64,000 nucleotides of DNA, taken from Planctomycetota bacterium. GTDB lineage: Bacteria; Planctomycetota; UBA8108; UBA1146; JAJFFE01. The DNA is taken from positions 10,342-74,341 of the forward strand of contig JAJFFE010000303.1 in NCBI GenBank assembly GCA_021776775.1, read 5' to 3'. Shown here one piece after another: positions 54,225 to 64,000 of the stretch. Within the stretch, counting starts at the first letter, position 1, and the number at the start of each line of letters is the position of its first letter. A model generated the notes under the pieces. The model did not search any database, had not been told where the DNA came from, and was given only the letters and a program-made list of their open reading frames with translations. Made by a program: the position numbers and the translations under genes.

Positions 54225-57200
54225 ACTGTCGCGTCAAGGTTGAGAATGGTCTGAGCGATGACCGTGGCCGCGGCGACTGCCACCGGGTCGAGCCCTTCGC
54301 GCGGTTTGTGCTCTCCCGCGGTGGCTAGCTTCTTCGCTTCGTCTGGGGCGTCGCGGTAGCGCAACTCTTCCGCTCGGTACAGTTCGAGCAGTGTGCGCGC
54401 TTCAAACGCATCCGGTGCCCGCCCCGTCAACAGCCGGAAACCGAACGCAATTCGGGAGGCGTGTGTATCGCCACCTTCGACGAGCATGCGCTCTCCGAGG
54501 CAACGCGCCGCTTCCACGAATTGAACATCGTTGAGGAGCACCAAGGCTTGCAGCGGTGTATTGGTCCCGCGCCGTCTCGACACACAACTCTCTCGATGCG
54601 CGGCGTCGAGAATCACCATGTTTGGATTGGGCGCAGTCCGTTTCCAAACCGTGTAGAGCGAGCGACGGTAGAGCGATCGTCCGACACTCTGGCGATACGC
54701 CGGGCTCATGGTGTTCGCTTCACGCCACAGCCCTTTCGGCTGATACGGGCTCACCGGCGGTCCGCCGACTTGGCGTTCCATGATCCCCGCGGCGGCGAGG
54801 GCCGAGTCGCGAAGCATCTCGCCCGTCAGTCGTCCGGAAGGGCCGCGCCACAACAGTCGATTCTTCGGGTCCTCTTGCGCGTAGGCAGATTGCGTCGAGC
54901 GTTGACGGTAGGTGGCCGAGAGCACAATGCGTCGGCAGAGGTTCTTGTGGTTCCAGTCATCGAGAACGAACCGACGGGCTAAGAAGTCGAGCAGGCGCGG
55001 GTGCGACGGCGGCTCGCCCTGTAGTCCGAAGTCTTCGCTGGTCGAGACGATTCCGCCGCCGAAGAACGATTGCCAAACTCGGTTCACGGCGACACGCGCG
55101 GTCAGCGGATGCATGGGTTCGGTCAACCAGCGCGCCAACCCCAGGCGGTCGCTGCGCGCCATGGCGGGCATGGGGGGGAGCGAGTCGGGTGTCTTGCGAG
55201 CGACTCGCGCCGCTTCGGTGCGTGGCGCATCGTACGCACCGCGCGCCAAGAGATAGGTCGGGGTCGGTTCGGCGCGGTCCTCCATGACCGAGGTTTCGAC
55301 GACCGGGTTTCGCGCGTCGAGCCACCGCTTGAGCGCCGTCCGGCGTTCCTTGCGCAACGTTTGCAGTGGCTCGTCCAAAGTCGACAAGTAGTGATCGATC
55401 CGCAGCGGTTCCGGTGCGGCCGTCAGGGCTTCCGGCGTCACCAACGATTGCACCTCGAGGGCGGAGAGTGCGCGCGCGAACACGTTCAGTTCATCGAGGA
55501 TGGCTCCGGTCAATCCGGCGTCTCGGAAGCGCGCCCCGAAGGCGACGCCACTGCCGCCTGCCGACGGCGACTTGCTGAGCCGGTCGTGGAGAGTTTCACT
55601 CTTTGCCGCAGCGCCATCGACGAACAACGTCAATCCGCGCGCACGTCCTTCACCGGTCGAGCGCGCCGCGACGTGCACCCAGCGATCGCGCGGTAGGGGA
55701 GTCGTAGCGCGAATAGCGATGGCGTTCCCCGGCCAGAAGCGAATTGTCCCGAGTTGCAGCCGCCCGTCTCGGAGCACCAACTCGGTTCCGAACCGGCCGA
55801 CGTCGGTACCTCCGGTGCGGTGGAAAATGACGGCATCGCCGAGTTCCTTCGGAACGCGGATCCAGAATGCGATGGTAAACGGCTCCCACGGTCGCAGCGC
55901 CCCGGCAACCTTGGGGAAATTCGCCGCGTCGTCGCCGCCGAACTGAAGACCCTTCCCGACGCGCGCTTCGACAAAGGCGTCGGCCGCCGACGCCGAACCA
56001 GCCGCGCCTCCTTCGACTCGGTTCGCCACGCTGTTCTTCGGACCCAATGCGTCGAGCGCGTAAGAGCCCGCCGGCTGCGGGGCCTCGACGGGCTGGTTCT
56101 CTTTTGCCCAGCGCGTTGCCTCGGTTTGCGCGGCCGCGAGCCGAGCGGCGATTCGCGCATCGATGTCGCGCAGGCTCTTGTCGGACTCTTGCATCGCTCG
56201 CTCCTGTGCCGCGTTCGGAAGGAGCAGCGACGGCGTCGGGACTCGAGACGAGTCGTGGTACATGCCCCACTCGTCGATCGAGTTGAAGAACGCCATCAGT
56301 TGATAATACTCGGCCTGAGTGATGGGGTCGTACTTGTGGTCGTGGCAGCGCGCGCACTCGAGAGTCAGACCTAGCACCGCGGTTCCGAGAGTGTGCACGC
56401 GATCGGCGGCGTACTCTGTGCGGAACTCCAACTCGACGCTGCCGCCTTCGTTGGTCATGCGATGGATGCGGTTGAATGCGGTGGCGAGGCGCTGGTCACG
56501 CGTTGCCCCCGGCAAGAGATCACCCGCGAGTTGCCACGAGAGAAAGTCGTCGTACGGAAGGTTGTCGTTGAACGCACGGACAACCCAGTCGCGGTACGGC
56601 CACGCGGGCGTCAACTGGTCGGCCTGGTATCCGTAACTGTCCGCGTAACGTGCGACGTCGAGCCACGGCGTTGCCATGCGCTCACCGAACGCAGGCGAAG
56701 CGAGCAGCCGGTCGACCGCGGTTTCGTACGCTTGCTCGGACTTGTCGGCGAGGAACGCGTCGATCTCTGGCAGAGTCGGCGGCAACCCGGTGAGGTCGAG
56801 CGTCGCGCGGCGCAACCAGAGTTCACGTGACGTTTCCGGAGAGGGCGCCCAACCCTTCTGCTCCAACTTGGCGAGCACGAACCGATCGAGCGGGTCGCGC
56901 GGCCACGACTCCTGCTCGACGGTTGGGGTGGGAATGCCGGCGGGCAGCGCGATCAACGACCAATGGGTCGGATAGTCGGCGCCAGACTCGATCCAGAGTT
57001 TGAGCTTCGAAATTTCATCGGCCGAGAGCGACAGCTTCGACTCGGGCGGAGGCATGCGGTCTTCGGGGTCGTCACTGATCACCCGCTGGAACGCGACGCT
57101 GTCTTCGACGTCACCGGCCACGAAGGCGTGTTTGTCGCTGCGCTTGAGTGTTCCGAATGCTCCGGCTGGAGTGTCGAGCCGCAGCTTCGCCTTGTTGGCG

Positions 57201-57358
57201 GCTTGGTCCGGACCATGACACGGGAAGCAGCGGTCCGAGAGGATCGGTCGGATGTCTCGATCGAAATCGACGGGCTGGGCCGTCGCAACGGTGGCCGAGA
57301 GAACGACCGCTGAGCAAAGCGAGATCAACAGCAGGAGAGTGGTGACGGTGCGCGGCAT
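54212..57358 (-). CDS. PSD1-type protein: planctomycete cytochrome-c-like domain, DUF1549, LamG-like insert and DUF1553
   Basis: ATG 57358 with signal peptide. ..[16 protein letters not shown].. is a CxxCH motif. DUF1549 (..[13 protein letters not shown]..) and DUF1553 (..[27 protein letters not shown]..) are present. Overlaps the DUF1501 gene by 13 nt. Confidence 0.85.
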   Translation of the reverse strand: MPRTVTTLLLLISLCSAVVLSATVATAQPVDFDRDIRPILSDRCFPCHGPDQAANKAKLRLDTPAGAFGTLKRSDKHAFVAGDVEDSVAFQRVISDDPEDRMPPPESKLSLSADEISKLKLWIESGADYPTHWSLIALPAGIPTPTVEQESWPRDPLDRFVLAKLEQKGWAPSPETSRELWLRRATLDLTGLPPTLPEIDAFLADKSEQAYETAVDRLLASPAFGERMATPWLDVARYADSYGYQADQLTPAWPYRDWVVRAFNDNLPYDDFLSWQLAGDLLPGATRDQRLATAFNRIHRMTNEGGSVELEFRTEYAADRVHTLGTAVLGLTLECARCHDHKYDPITQAEYYQLMAFFNSIDEWGMYHDSSRVPTPSLLLPNAAQERAMQESDKSLRDIDARIAARLAAAQTEATRWAKENQPVEAPQPAGSYALDALGPKNSVANRVEGGAAGSASAADAFVEARVGKGLQFGGDDAANFPKVAGALRPWEPFTIAFWIRVPKELGDAVIFHRTGGTDVGRFGTELVLRDGRLQLGTIRFWPGNAIAIRATTPLPRDRWVHVAARSTGEGRARGLTLFVDGAAAKSETLHDRLSKSPSAGGSGVAFGARFRDAGLTGAILDELNVFARALSALEVQSLVTPEALTAAPEPLRIDHYLSTLDEPLQTLRKERRTALKRWLDARNPVVETSVMEDRAEPTPTYLLARGAYDAPRTEAARVARKTPDSLPPMPAMARSDRLGLARWLTEPMHPLTARVAVNRVWQSFFGGGIVSTSEDFGLQGEPPSHPRLLDFLARRFVLDDWNHKNLCRRIVLSATYRQRSTQSAYAQEDPKNRLLWRGPSGRLTGEMLRDSALAAAGIMERQVGGPPVSPYQPKGLWREANTMSPAYRQSVGRSLYRRSLYTVWKRTAPNPNMVILDAAHRESCVSRRRGTNTPLQALVLLNDVQFVEAARCLGERMLVEGGDTHASRIAFGFRLLTGRAPDAFEARTLLELYRAEELRYRDAPDEAKKLATAGEHKPREGLDPVAVAAATVIAQTILNLDATVWKR

Positions 57359-57452
57359 AGCCCGTATCTCTTCAACGCGAGGGGAGTCACTTGGCACTCG
57401 CATTGTAGCCGACGACGTCTCGCTTGGGTCAGCTCCTCAACCGCCCCGATCT

Positions 57453-58277
57453 TCAGAACTTCCAGTCGACCCCGAGCTCGAACCAGAGATTGTCGTCGTC
57501 GATACCGATCAAGTCGAACCAGTCGCGGAGGTCTCTGTCGAGGATCGTCGAGCCGTTGATGCTCGTGAAGATGGTCGTGCGGTCATCGAAGCGGTAGTTC
57601 ACTCGTGCTTTGCCGACGAGATCGGCCAAGCCGCTCTCGCTGAGCCCGTACGTCCACAGCGAGTGATCGCCGTCCGAATAACCGACGTGGGCCCCGAGAT
57701 CGACCGTGAACGCCCGAATCGGGATCACCTTTCGTGCGCCGATCTTGGCGTAGTACCCGTCGACCTCATCCCAGTCCAGGTGGAGCTCGGCCTCGGTGGT
57801 GATGCCTAAGACCTCGCCGGCGCCGCTGATGAAGAACTCGGTCGTCGTTCCTCGCTCACCGTTCGGGAAGATTCGGCCGTTGGGAAGAATGTAGCTCACT
57901 GCCCCGATCGTAGCGCTGAACGCGCCGATACGACGACCGTACGCCAACATGAAGTCGATTTCGCTGAATTTGCCGCCGAACCCGTTGGGGAACCAAGCGT
58001 CGCCGGTGGTGTTGCGAAGGTCCATGTTGCCGAAGCTACTAACACGCAGGTTGCCGCCGTCGATCGTCGGAGTATCGATCTTCAGTTCGCCCTGGAGGAC
58101 GTCGTTGTCGTTCTGCACCATGCCGCGGTGCATGTACTTCGTTGATCCGAGCAAGGTCGCGGTGACGCGCGGCGTCACCGGATCGGGAAGAATGCAGCCG
58201 GTCAGAAGGCAACTGACCAGGAAGACGGCACCATGCAATCGCGTCCGGCGCCCGACGTTCGTTCTCAAATAGCTCAT
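57453..58277 (-). CDS. Outer-membrane beta-barrel protein (porin-like)
   Basis: Signal/lipoprotein-like N-terminus (..AVFLVSCLLTGC..), alternating amphipathic strands and a terminal aromatic ..ELGVDWKF. Confidence 0.6.
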   Translation of the reverse strand: MSYLRTNVGRRTRLHGAVFLVSCLLTGCILPDPVTPRVTATLLGSTKYMHRGMVQNDNDVLQGELKIDTPTIDGGNLRVSSFGNMDLRNTTGDAWFPNGFGGKFSEIDFMLAYGRRIGAFSATIGAVSYILPNGRIFPNGERGTTTEFFISGAGEVLGITTEAELHLDWDEVDGYYAKIGARKVIPIRAFTVDLGAHVGYSDGDHSLWTYGLSESGLADLVGKARVNYRFDDRTTIFTSINGSTILDRDLRDWFDLIGIDDDNLWFELGVDWKF

Positions 58278-58415
58278 GAACCTTGCACCTCTGCGTATTG
58301 AGCCTCGGTGTACGGGGGCAGTCTTAACGAAAACCGATCGGTCACGCCCTGAAAAATGGTGAGTCTGCCGTGACTTGTGCCGAGTTACCCAGCCAACGCG
58401 TTGATCTAAAATGGC

Positions 58416-59618
58416 TTACCGCAGCAGGGCTTCCGTCCATCGTAACTCCCGCGTGATGCCGTTGACTAGTTCCGTTGCGTGTTTTGTCGCCGCGAGGAGC
58501 GGCCACGTGTACGTCTCAATGACGATGTGCGGCGGGTCGCTATGACGCCTTGCATGCGCTACCGCGTCCGCGGTCTCCTTGCGCGTCGTCGACAATCGAT
58601 CGAGTCGAGCCCGGGAGAGCGGTACGTGGTAGTGGACGCGGATCTCTTCGCACTCGCTCAGGTGCTGTGCATTGAGACGGTTCAGATCCGACCCGCGAAC
58701 GATAGTGCCGTCGCGGCGTCGCCCGGCAAACTGGTGGAGGTACTTTGGTTCACGGTACTGACGTAGTTCGCGAACCGCGGCCGGTGAACGCGCGGGGTTC
58801 TTGAGTGCGATGGCGTTGGTCACGTGGAGCTTCCCGACCCGAAGCCCCGCGGCCTCGAGCGTCTTCCACTCACGCACGGGGTCTCGGAAGAGGACTGACT
58901 GGTGACAGACGTCGAGGTTCACCTGAAAGAAGCGGTGCAGCGTTTCTTCGGCTTTACGCTTCGAAAGCCCGAGCGGCTTGCCGATCGTGCTGAGTGCATG
59001 CGGGGCGATGTTATCGCGAAACAGCGTCACGACATCGGATGCGACTTCGAAGGTCGTATCGGGTTCGGGCTCGGCGGTGAGCACGATGGTCGCCCCACGA
59101 TCGCGTTCGAGCTTTGCCAAGTGCGTGACGACGCGTGAGTAGTTGCGACCTATCGCGGCGTGATCTCGCGGCCCGTCTCCCCACGCTCGGTAGGTCCCGC
59201 CGAGCGTCGAGATCGTGCCGACCATACCTTGCGGCAGGAGGTCCGCCATGAGGTCGGCGATCGCACACGTCAGGGTCGCACGTTCGACCTTGGTCCAAGG
59301 CGGTGAGTAGACCTCTTCCTTGACCCGGCGCTTGTGAAAGTCTTCGAGCGGGAACGCGTTGATCGAGAAGACGAACAAGTCTCGCGCGTAGAGCGCCGCG
59401 CGTAGAGCGTCCCGTTGCTTTTTCGATCGCAGATCATCGATGAGCGCGCGCCCGACGTGCGGGACGATGCCAAACGGTTGGCCGGGCGCGACGCGGTCCC
59501 GGATGGGAACGACGAAACGATCGAGCACCCCGACGAACTCTTGCAAGCTTCGCGCGGGGTGAACGTTCATCTCGTAGGAGAAGAGGAGCGTCGGGCGACG
59601 CCGCGATTCGATGAGCAC
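58416..59618 (-). CDS. Xylose-isomerase-like TIM-barrel protein (EboE-like, tentative)
   Basis: 400 aa from GTG 59618. ..LLFSYEMNVHPARSLQEF.. resembles the EboE/AP-endonuclease-2 TIM-barrel N-terminal motif. Recognition only. Confidence 0.45.
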   Translation of the reverse strand: MLIESRRRPTLLFSYEMNVHPARSLQEFVGVLDRFVVPIRDRVAPGQPFGIVPHVGRALIDDLRSKKQRDALRAALYARDLFVFSINAFPLEDFHKRRVKEEVYSPPWTKVERATLTCAIADLMADLLPQGMVGTISTLGGTYRAWGDGPRDHAAIGRNYSRVVTHLAKLERDRGATIVLTAEPEPDTTFEVASDVVTLFRDNIAPHALSTIGKPLGLSKRKAEETLHRFFQVNLDVCHQSVLFRDPVREWKTLEAAGLRVGKLHVTNAIALKNPARSPAAVRELRQYREPKYLHQFAGRRRDGTIVRGSDLNRLNAQHLSECEEIRVHYHVPLSRARLDRLSTTRKETADAVAHARRHSDPPHIVIETYTWPLLAATKHATELVNGITRELRWTEALLR

Positions 59619-59627
59619 GAACCTGGC

Positions 59628-60536
59628 TCAGTCGCCCGAGGGGTACGACACCTTGCCGAGGACACCTTGGACCTTGGCGTTGTTGTGCACGATGTCTACG
59701 AGCGTCAGGTCGCCGTCGATGTTCTGGAACTCCGGCTTGCCGGTGTTGTTGCGCGCAGTGACGTTGCCGGTGATGAACCGAACCTGCAACACGCCCGACG
59801 CATCGTCGATTTGAACCTCACCCGTGACGAGCTGCACCATGAGGGAGCCGGCGCCGTCGTTGATCGATACCAGTCCCGACAGGTCCTGCAGTTCGGCGCC
59901 AGCTCCGGTGCTGGTCAGTTCGACTCCGCCGCGGACGTTGGTGATCTTGATGTGGCCGCCCGAGTGGTTCACGGCCAGCCCTGACTCGAGCGACGCAATG
60001 TTGACGTCGCCACCGGTGTTGTCGAGCGAGACTCGGATCGTGGGCGGTAGGGTTATGGTCACGTTGCAACTGTAGTCTTGGTGGTCCGACAGGTTCGGCT
60101 CGTTCAGAATCAGCGCTGGGTTCTCGGTGCCGCTCGAAACGAAGCGAACCGGAATTTCGCTCAAAATGCGCTTGGCCTCGCGGACGTTTTCCGCACGGCT
60201 CTCGAGGGTTGCTCGCGCCGTGATCGAACGCGCGGAGGCGTCGCCGATGATCGTGACCGTGCCGCGTCCGGTGCGCACCTTCAAGCTGGTGACCGAGTCC
60301 CCAGGGATTTCGTCGGAGTCCTCGGTCCCGTATCCGGACTCTGTCGTCTCGACGATCTTGGGGTGGTCGATTCCGCCGTTGTTCGACTCGCCGGTCGATC
60401 CACGGTTGCCGACGTTCGACCCTCCGTCGCGGGGGCCGCTGCCGTTGCCGGTGTTGCCGGAACGATTCGGGAGGTTGCAGCCAGAGATCGTGCAGAGGGC
60501 GACCAGGATCGCAAGGAAAGAGGCAGAGCTCCGCAT
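59628..60536 (-). CDS. Lipoprotein with DUF4097-like (putative adhesin) beta-helical repeats
   Basis: Lipobox ..ALCTISGC.. Repeated units ..GG(D/H)(V/I).I....G.. (GGDVNIASLESGLAVNHSGGHIKITNVRGGVELTSTGAGAELQDLSG..). Confidence 0.6.
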   Translation of the reverse strand: MRSSASFLAILVALCTISGCNLPNRSGNTGNGSGPRDGGSNVGNRGSTGESNNGGIDHPKIVETTESGYGTEDSDEIPGDSVTSLKVRTGRGTVTIIGDASARSITARATLESRAENVREAKRILSEIPVRFVSSGTENPALILNEPNLSDHQDYSCNVTITLPPTIRVSLDNTGGDVNIASLESGLAVNHSGGHIKITNVRGGVELTSTGAGAELQDLSGLVSINDGAGSLMVQLVTGEVQIDDASGVLQVRFITGNVTARNNTGKPEFQNIDGDLTLVDIVHNNAKVQGVLGKVSYPSGD

Positions 60537-60791
60537 GCGGAGGTCCTTTCGAGGGAAGTGTCCGATTCTGAAGGGCTTCGGGGCCGCGGGACCGGTGCAT
60601 TTTGCGGTGTCCGTGAGTCGGCGGAATCGAGCAGTATACGAATTCGGCCGGGCGATGGCAGAGGTTCTCGCCAGCTCTGTGACATCTCCGCGCGTAATTC
60701 TAGAACTCGTTTCCAGTCGGTGCTTTCCGGAATTGAACTGGCTAGAATCGACGGCGGTTGGAGCGGCGGAGGATCAGAAGGGGACTTCTTG

Positions 60792-61844
60792 ATGAGTTCG
60801 AGTGAAGGCAACGCACCGCTCCGAGATGAGAACGGGGGTTCTGGCTTGGAGGCGCGCCTCAGTGCTTTCCGCGAGGACTTCAGCCGGGTCCGCACGGAAG
60901 TCGCGAAGATCGTCGTCGGCCAAGACAACGTCGTCGAGAGTACGTTGATCGCATTGTTCGCGGGCGGGCACTGCTTGCTCGAAGGGGTGCCGGGTCTCGG
61001 GAAGACGCTTCTGGTCCGCACGCTCGGCGAAGTGCTCGACCTCAAGTACTCCCGCATTCAGTTCACGCCGGACTTGATGCCCGCGGACATCATCGGAACG
61101 CGCATCGTCATGGATCGTGACGATGGCAGTCGTCAGTTCGAGTTTCAGCGCGGACCGATCTTCGGACAGATCGTTCTCGCGGATGAGATCAACCGGGCCA
61201 CTCCCAAGACCCAGTCGGCGCTACTCGAAGCGATGCAAGAGCACACGGTTACGGTCGGTCGTGACCGTCACCAACTCGAAGAGCCGTTCCTGGTCATGGC
61301 GACGCAGAACCCGTTGGAGATGGACGGAACGTATCCGCTGCCGGAAGCGCAGCTCGACCGGTTCATGTTCAAGATCAACGTTCCGTTCCCCACGCGCGAA
61401 GAGCTGGGGGAAGTCATGAGCCGGACCACAGACGTATACGACGTCAAGCCGGAAGAAGTGATCGACGGTCCGACAATCATTGGCTACCAGGAACTCGTTC
61501 GCGAGTTGATCGTCGCGCCGCATGTTCGCGACTACGCCATTCGATTGATCCTCGCGACTCATCCCGACGACGTCACGTCGCCCGCAATCGTCAAGCGCTT
61601 CGTTCACTATGGAGCCAGTCCGCGTGGCGCGCAGGCGTTGATGCTCGGCGGTAAGGTTCGAGCGGCGCTCGATTCGCGCTATAACGTGAGCTTCGACGAT
61701 GTGCGCGCCACCGCGTACCCCGCGTTGCGGCACCGCATGATCCTCAACTTCGAAGGCGAAGCCGAAGGCAAGAGCGTCGACGAGATCCTCGATGAGATCA
61801 TTGAGTTGGTTCCTGAGGTTGCCCCTGATGCACTTGCATCCTGA
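60792..61844 (+). CDS. MoxR-family AAA+ ATPase
   Basis: ATG 60792. The upstream part of the 588-aa track ORF lies antisense to the DUF4097 gene. Walker A is ..[13 protein letters not shown].. and Walker B is ..[22 protein letters not shown].. ..[22 protein letters not shown].. is also present. Confidence 0.9.
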   Translation: MSSSEGNAPLRDENGGSGLEARLSAFREDFSRVRTEVAKIVVGQDNVVESTLIALFAGGHCLLEGVPGLGKTLLVRTLGEVLDLKYSRIQFTPDLMPADIIGTRIVMDRDDGSRQFEFQRGPIFGQIVLADEINRATPKTQSALLEAMQEHTVTVGRDRHQLEEPFLVMATQNPLEMDGTYPLPEAQLDRFMFKINVPFPTREELGEVMSRTTDVYDVKPEEVIDGPTIIGYQELVRELIVAPHVRDYAIRLILATHPDDVTSPAIVKRFVHYGASPRGAQALMLGGKVRAALDSRYNVSFDDVRATAYPALRHRMILNFEGEAEGKSVDEILDEIIELVPEVAPDALAS

Positions 61845-61858
61845 GGGGCAGTCCGATC

Positions 61859-62866
61859 ATGCCCGAAGACCCGTACGTGCCCGAAGACAAGGATCCCGAA
61901 GACAAGGGCTCCGAGGACTCCCCGGTTCCGGCTAGCGACGTCGCTAGTGCATACGTCGGCGGACCGGCGAAGAGTCCCACTAGTGATCGCCCCAAGCTGC
62001 TCGACGACGAGTTCCTGGCCAAGATCCAGAAGCTGTCGCTCGTCTCGCGCAAGACCATCACCGGGAGCATCAAAGGCGAACGTCGTTCGCGCAAGCGCGG
62101 CTTCTCCACCGAGTTCGCCGACTATCGAGACTACGTTCCCGGCGACGATCTGCGCTACCTAGACTGGAACATCTACGGCCGGCTCGATCGACTTTTCATC
62201 AAACTGTTTCACGAGGAAGAAGATCTGACCGTCAGTATTCTGGTCGACGTATCAAAGTCGATGGAGACCGGCGCGCCGGAGAAGCTGTTCTACTCACTGC
62301 AAGTGGCGGCGGCGCTAGCGTACGTCGGCTTGGTCGCCGAAGACCGCGTGGGGATCTACCCGTTTTCTGACGAACTGCACGCGCCGTTTCGTCCGGTGCG
62401 CGGAAAACGCAACGCTCCGCGTCTGTTCAATTATCTGCAAACACTGCGCGTGGGAGGCGAGACCAACCTCGAACGCTCGTTCCGCGCCTTCTCCCATGCG
62501 TTCTCGCGGCGCGGCATGGTCGTCGTCATCTCGGACTTGCTCGACCCGACCGGTTTTAGCGATGCGTTGCGTCACATCACGGCGCGCAATATCGAGACGT
62601 ATCTCATTCACGTGCTGTCTCCCGAAGAGGTGAACCCGGATCTCGTCGGTGATCTGCGATTGATCGATTGCGAGCAAGGCACGTCGATGGACGTCTCCAT
62701 GAACCAACGCATCCTCGCGGCGTACCGCAAGAGCATCGAAGACTTGCAGGCGTCCATTCGCCACAACGCTAGCTTACGCGGGATCTCCCCGCTGTTCGCC
62801 ACGACCGACGTGTCGTTCGATCACCTGATCCTGGGATACCTGCGAAAGCGAGGGATCCTCGGATGA
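61859..62866 (+). CDS. DUF58 (VWA-like) protein, MoxR partner
   Basis: ..GERRSRKRGFSTEFADYRDYVPGDDLRYLDWN.. is the hallmark DUF58 motif, followed by a VWA-like ..ILVDVSKSM... Confidence 0.85.
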   Translation: MPEDPYVPEDKDPEDKGSEDSPVPASDVASAYVGGPAKSPTSDRPKLLDDEFLAKIQKLSLVSRKTITGSIKGERRSRKRGFSTEFADYRDYVPGDDLRYLDWNIYGRLDRLFIKLFHEEEDLTVSILVDVSKSMETGAPEKLFYSLQVAAALAYVGLVAEDRVGIYPFSDELHAPFRPVRGKRNAPRLFNYLQTLRVGGETNLERSFRAFSHAFSRRGMVVVISDLLDPTGFSDALRHITARNIETYLIHVLSPEEVNPDLVGDLRLIDCEQGTSMDVSMNQRILAAYRKSIEDLQASIRHNASLRGISPLFATTDVSFDHLILGYLRKRGILG

Positions 62867-64000
62867 CATTCGCCAACCCCGCGGCGCTCTTGGGCCTGCT
62901 GTTCATCCCCGCCGTGATTTTGCTGTACTTCCTCAAGATCAAGCGTCGTCGAGTGGTGGTGTCGAGCACGCTCCTGTGGGCGCGAGTGCTCGAAGATCGC
63001 CGCGTCAACTCGCCGTTTCAGCGGTTCCGCAAGAGCCTCCTCTTGTTGCTACAGATCTTGGCGATCCTCTTCTTCGTCGGCGCGCTCGCTCGGCCGGAGA
63101 TGATCACCGAGAACGTGCCGGGTCGCGCCAACCTGCTCATGATCGACGTGTCGGCCAGCATGTCGGTGGACGAAGACGGTCGCACTCGACTCGAACTCGC
63201 GAAGCGACTCGCCAACGAGTACGTCGAGGCGATGGGCTCTGACGAGCGAGCGGTCATCATTCCGTTTTCGAACCGAGCCGAAGCGATCACGCCGACCACG
63301 TCGGATCGTGCGCTCCTGAAGAGGGCCATCGATTCGCTCGAAGTGGTCCCGTCGCCGACCGACCTCGACAGCGCCATGCAACTCGCCACGTCTATCGCCA
63401 AGAACTTGGGAGCGTCGCCGACTGATCAAGTCGAGAACATCACGGTCATCTTCTCCGATGGCGGCTTCCCGGTGTGGGAGTCCGAAGAAGTTCCGCTGCT
63501 CGTCGACTACGTGAAGATCGGCGCTCGCTCGGACAACTCCGGAATCGTCGCGCTCGCCTCGCGAGTGGACTTCGCCGAGTCGACGACGCTACAGGTGTAC
63601 GTCGAGGTCAAGAACTTCGGCCCCGACCCGGTGGACGGGTACATGTCGATCTTGCGCGACGGTGTCGAAGTTCGCGCGGCGGAAGCGAACCTTGCACCCG
63701 AAGAGAAGTGGTCGCGTTCGTTCGAGACCGAGTTCACGGGCGGTATCCTGACCGCCGTCTGGAAACCGTCGGGCGACGACGCGTTGGAACTCGACAACCG
63801 GGCGTGGTTGGAGATTGCACCGCGTCGTGAGTTGATGATCTGGCGCGTCGGTGACGACAACCTGTTCATCGACGAAGGAATCCGAGCCATCCCCAACGCG
63901 CAGAGCGAGTTCGTTTCTCCTAGCGAGGTCACGACGAAGCTTGAAGCGAGCGAACGACTGCCCGATCTTATTCTTTGGGATCGAGTCGCGCCCGACACGC
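62863..64000 (+). CDS. BatA-like protein: N-terminal double-TM aerotolerance domain plus VWA (partial, runs off the window; absent from the ORF track)
   Basis: ATG 62863 overlaps the DUF58 stop (ATGA). I translated the frame and it is open to position 64000: MTFANPAALLGLLFIPAVILLYFLKIKRRRVVVSSTLLW...LLMIDVSASMSVDEDGRTRLELAK... Confidence 0.8.
   Translation, partial: MTFANPAALLGLLFIPAVILLYFLKIKRRRVVVSSTLLWARVLEDRRVNSPFQRFRKSLLLLLQILAILFFVGALARPEMITENVPGRANLLMIDVSASMSVDEDGRTRLELAKRLANEYVEAMGSDERAVIIPFSNRAEAITPTTSDRALLKRAIDSLEVVPSPTDLDSAMQLATSIAKNLGASPTDQVENITVIFSDGGFPVWESEEVPLLVDYVKIGARSDNSGIVALASRVDFAESTTLQVYVEVKNFGPDPVDGYMSILRDGVEVRAAEANLAPEEKWSRSFETEFTGGILTAVWKPSGDDALELDNRAWLEIAPRRELMIWRVGDDNLFIDEGIRAIPNAQSEFVSPSEVTTKLEASERLPDLILWDRVAPDT

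Noticed and set aside
52641-54254. 537-aa plus-strand ORF over the DUF1501 gene
   Set aside because: It is antisense to a gene with clear DUF1501 motifs and a Tat signal, so it is a shadow ORF.
60078-60791. N-terminal 238 aa of the 588-aa ORF containing MoxR
   Set aside because: MoxR similarity begins near ATG 60792. The upstream part lies antisense to the DUF4097 lipoprotein gene and crosses the intergenic region.

Overview
High-GC (about 65%) bacterial chromosome segment with around 45 genes. The gene content points to Planctomycetota: a PSD1 (DUF1549/DUF1553, cytochrome-c-like) plus DUF1501 pair, a DUF1559 prepilin-like protein, MoxR-DUF58-BatA modules, ECF sigma factors next to a Ser/Thr kinase, and cohesin/dockerin-like secreted proteins. 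Housekeeping genes include efp, mutY, RNase R, MltA, a 2-hydroxyacid dehydrogenase and an S41 peptidase. Accessory content includes a 2578-aa Sec-signal RHS toxin preceded by a Gly-rich beta-helix protein, and a hipBA toxin-antitoxin pair with three upstream palindromic operator-like sites. There is also an HNH/DUF222-like gene bracketed by ~300-500 bp inverted-repeat arms containing 29-bp-stem hairpins, with five copies of a 16-bp palindrome in and around the cassette. The observations most worth follow-up are: (1) an AhpD/CMD-family gene with an in-frame TGA exactly at the second Cys of its CxxC motif, followed by a SECIS-like hairpin (candidate selenoprotein); (2) a coiled-coil membrane protein whose reading frame continues for about 120 well-biased codons past two in-frame TGAs that lie in a tandem 27-bp duplication; (3) the HNH cassette and its palindromes. 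No rRNA, tRNA or CRISPR array was seen. All calls come from reading the sequence and translations by eye. No database search was run, so family names are recognition-based and identity estimates are approximate.
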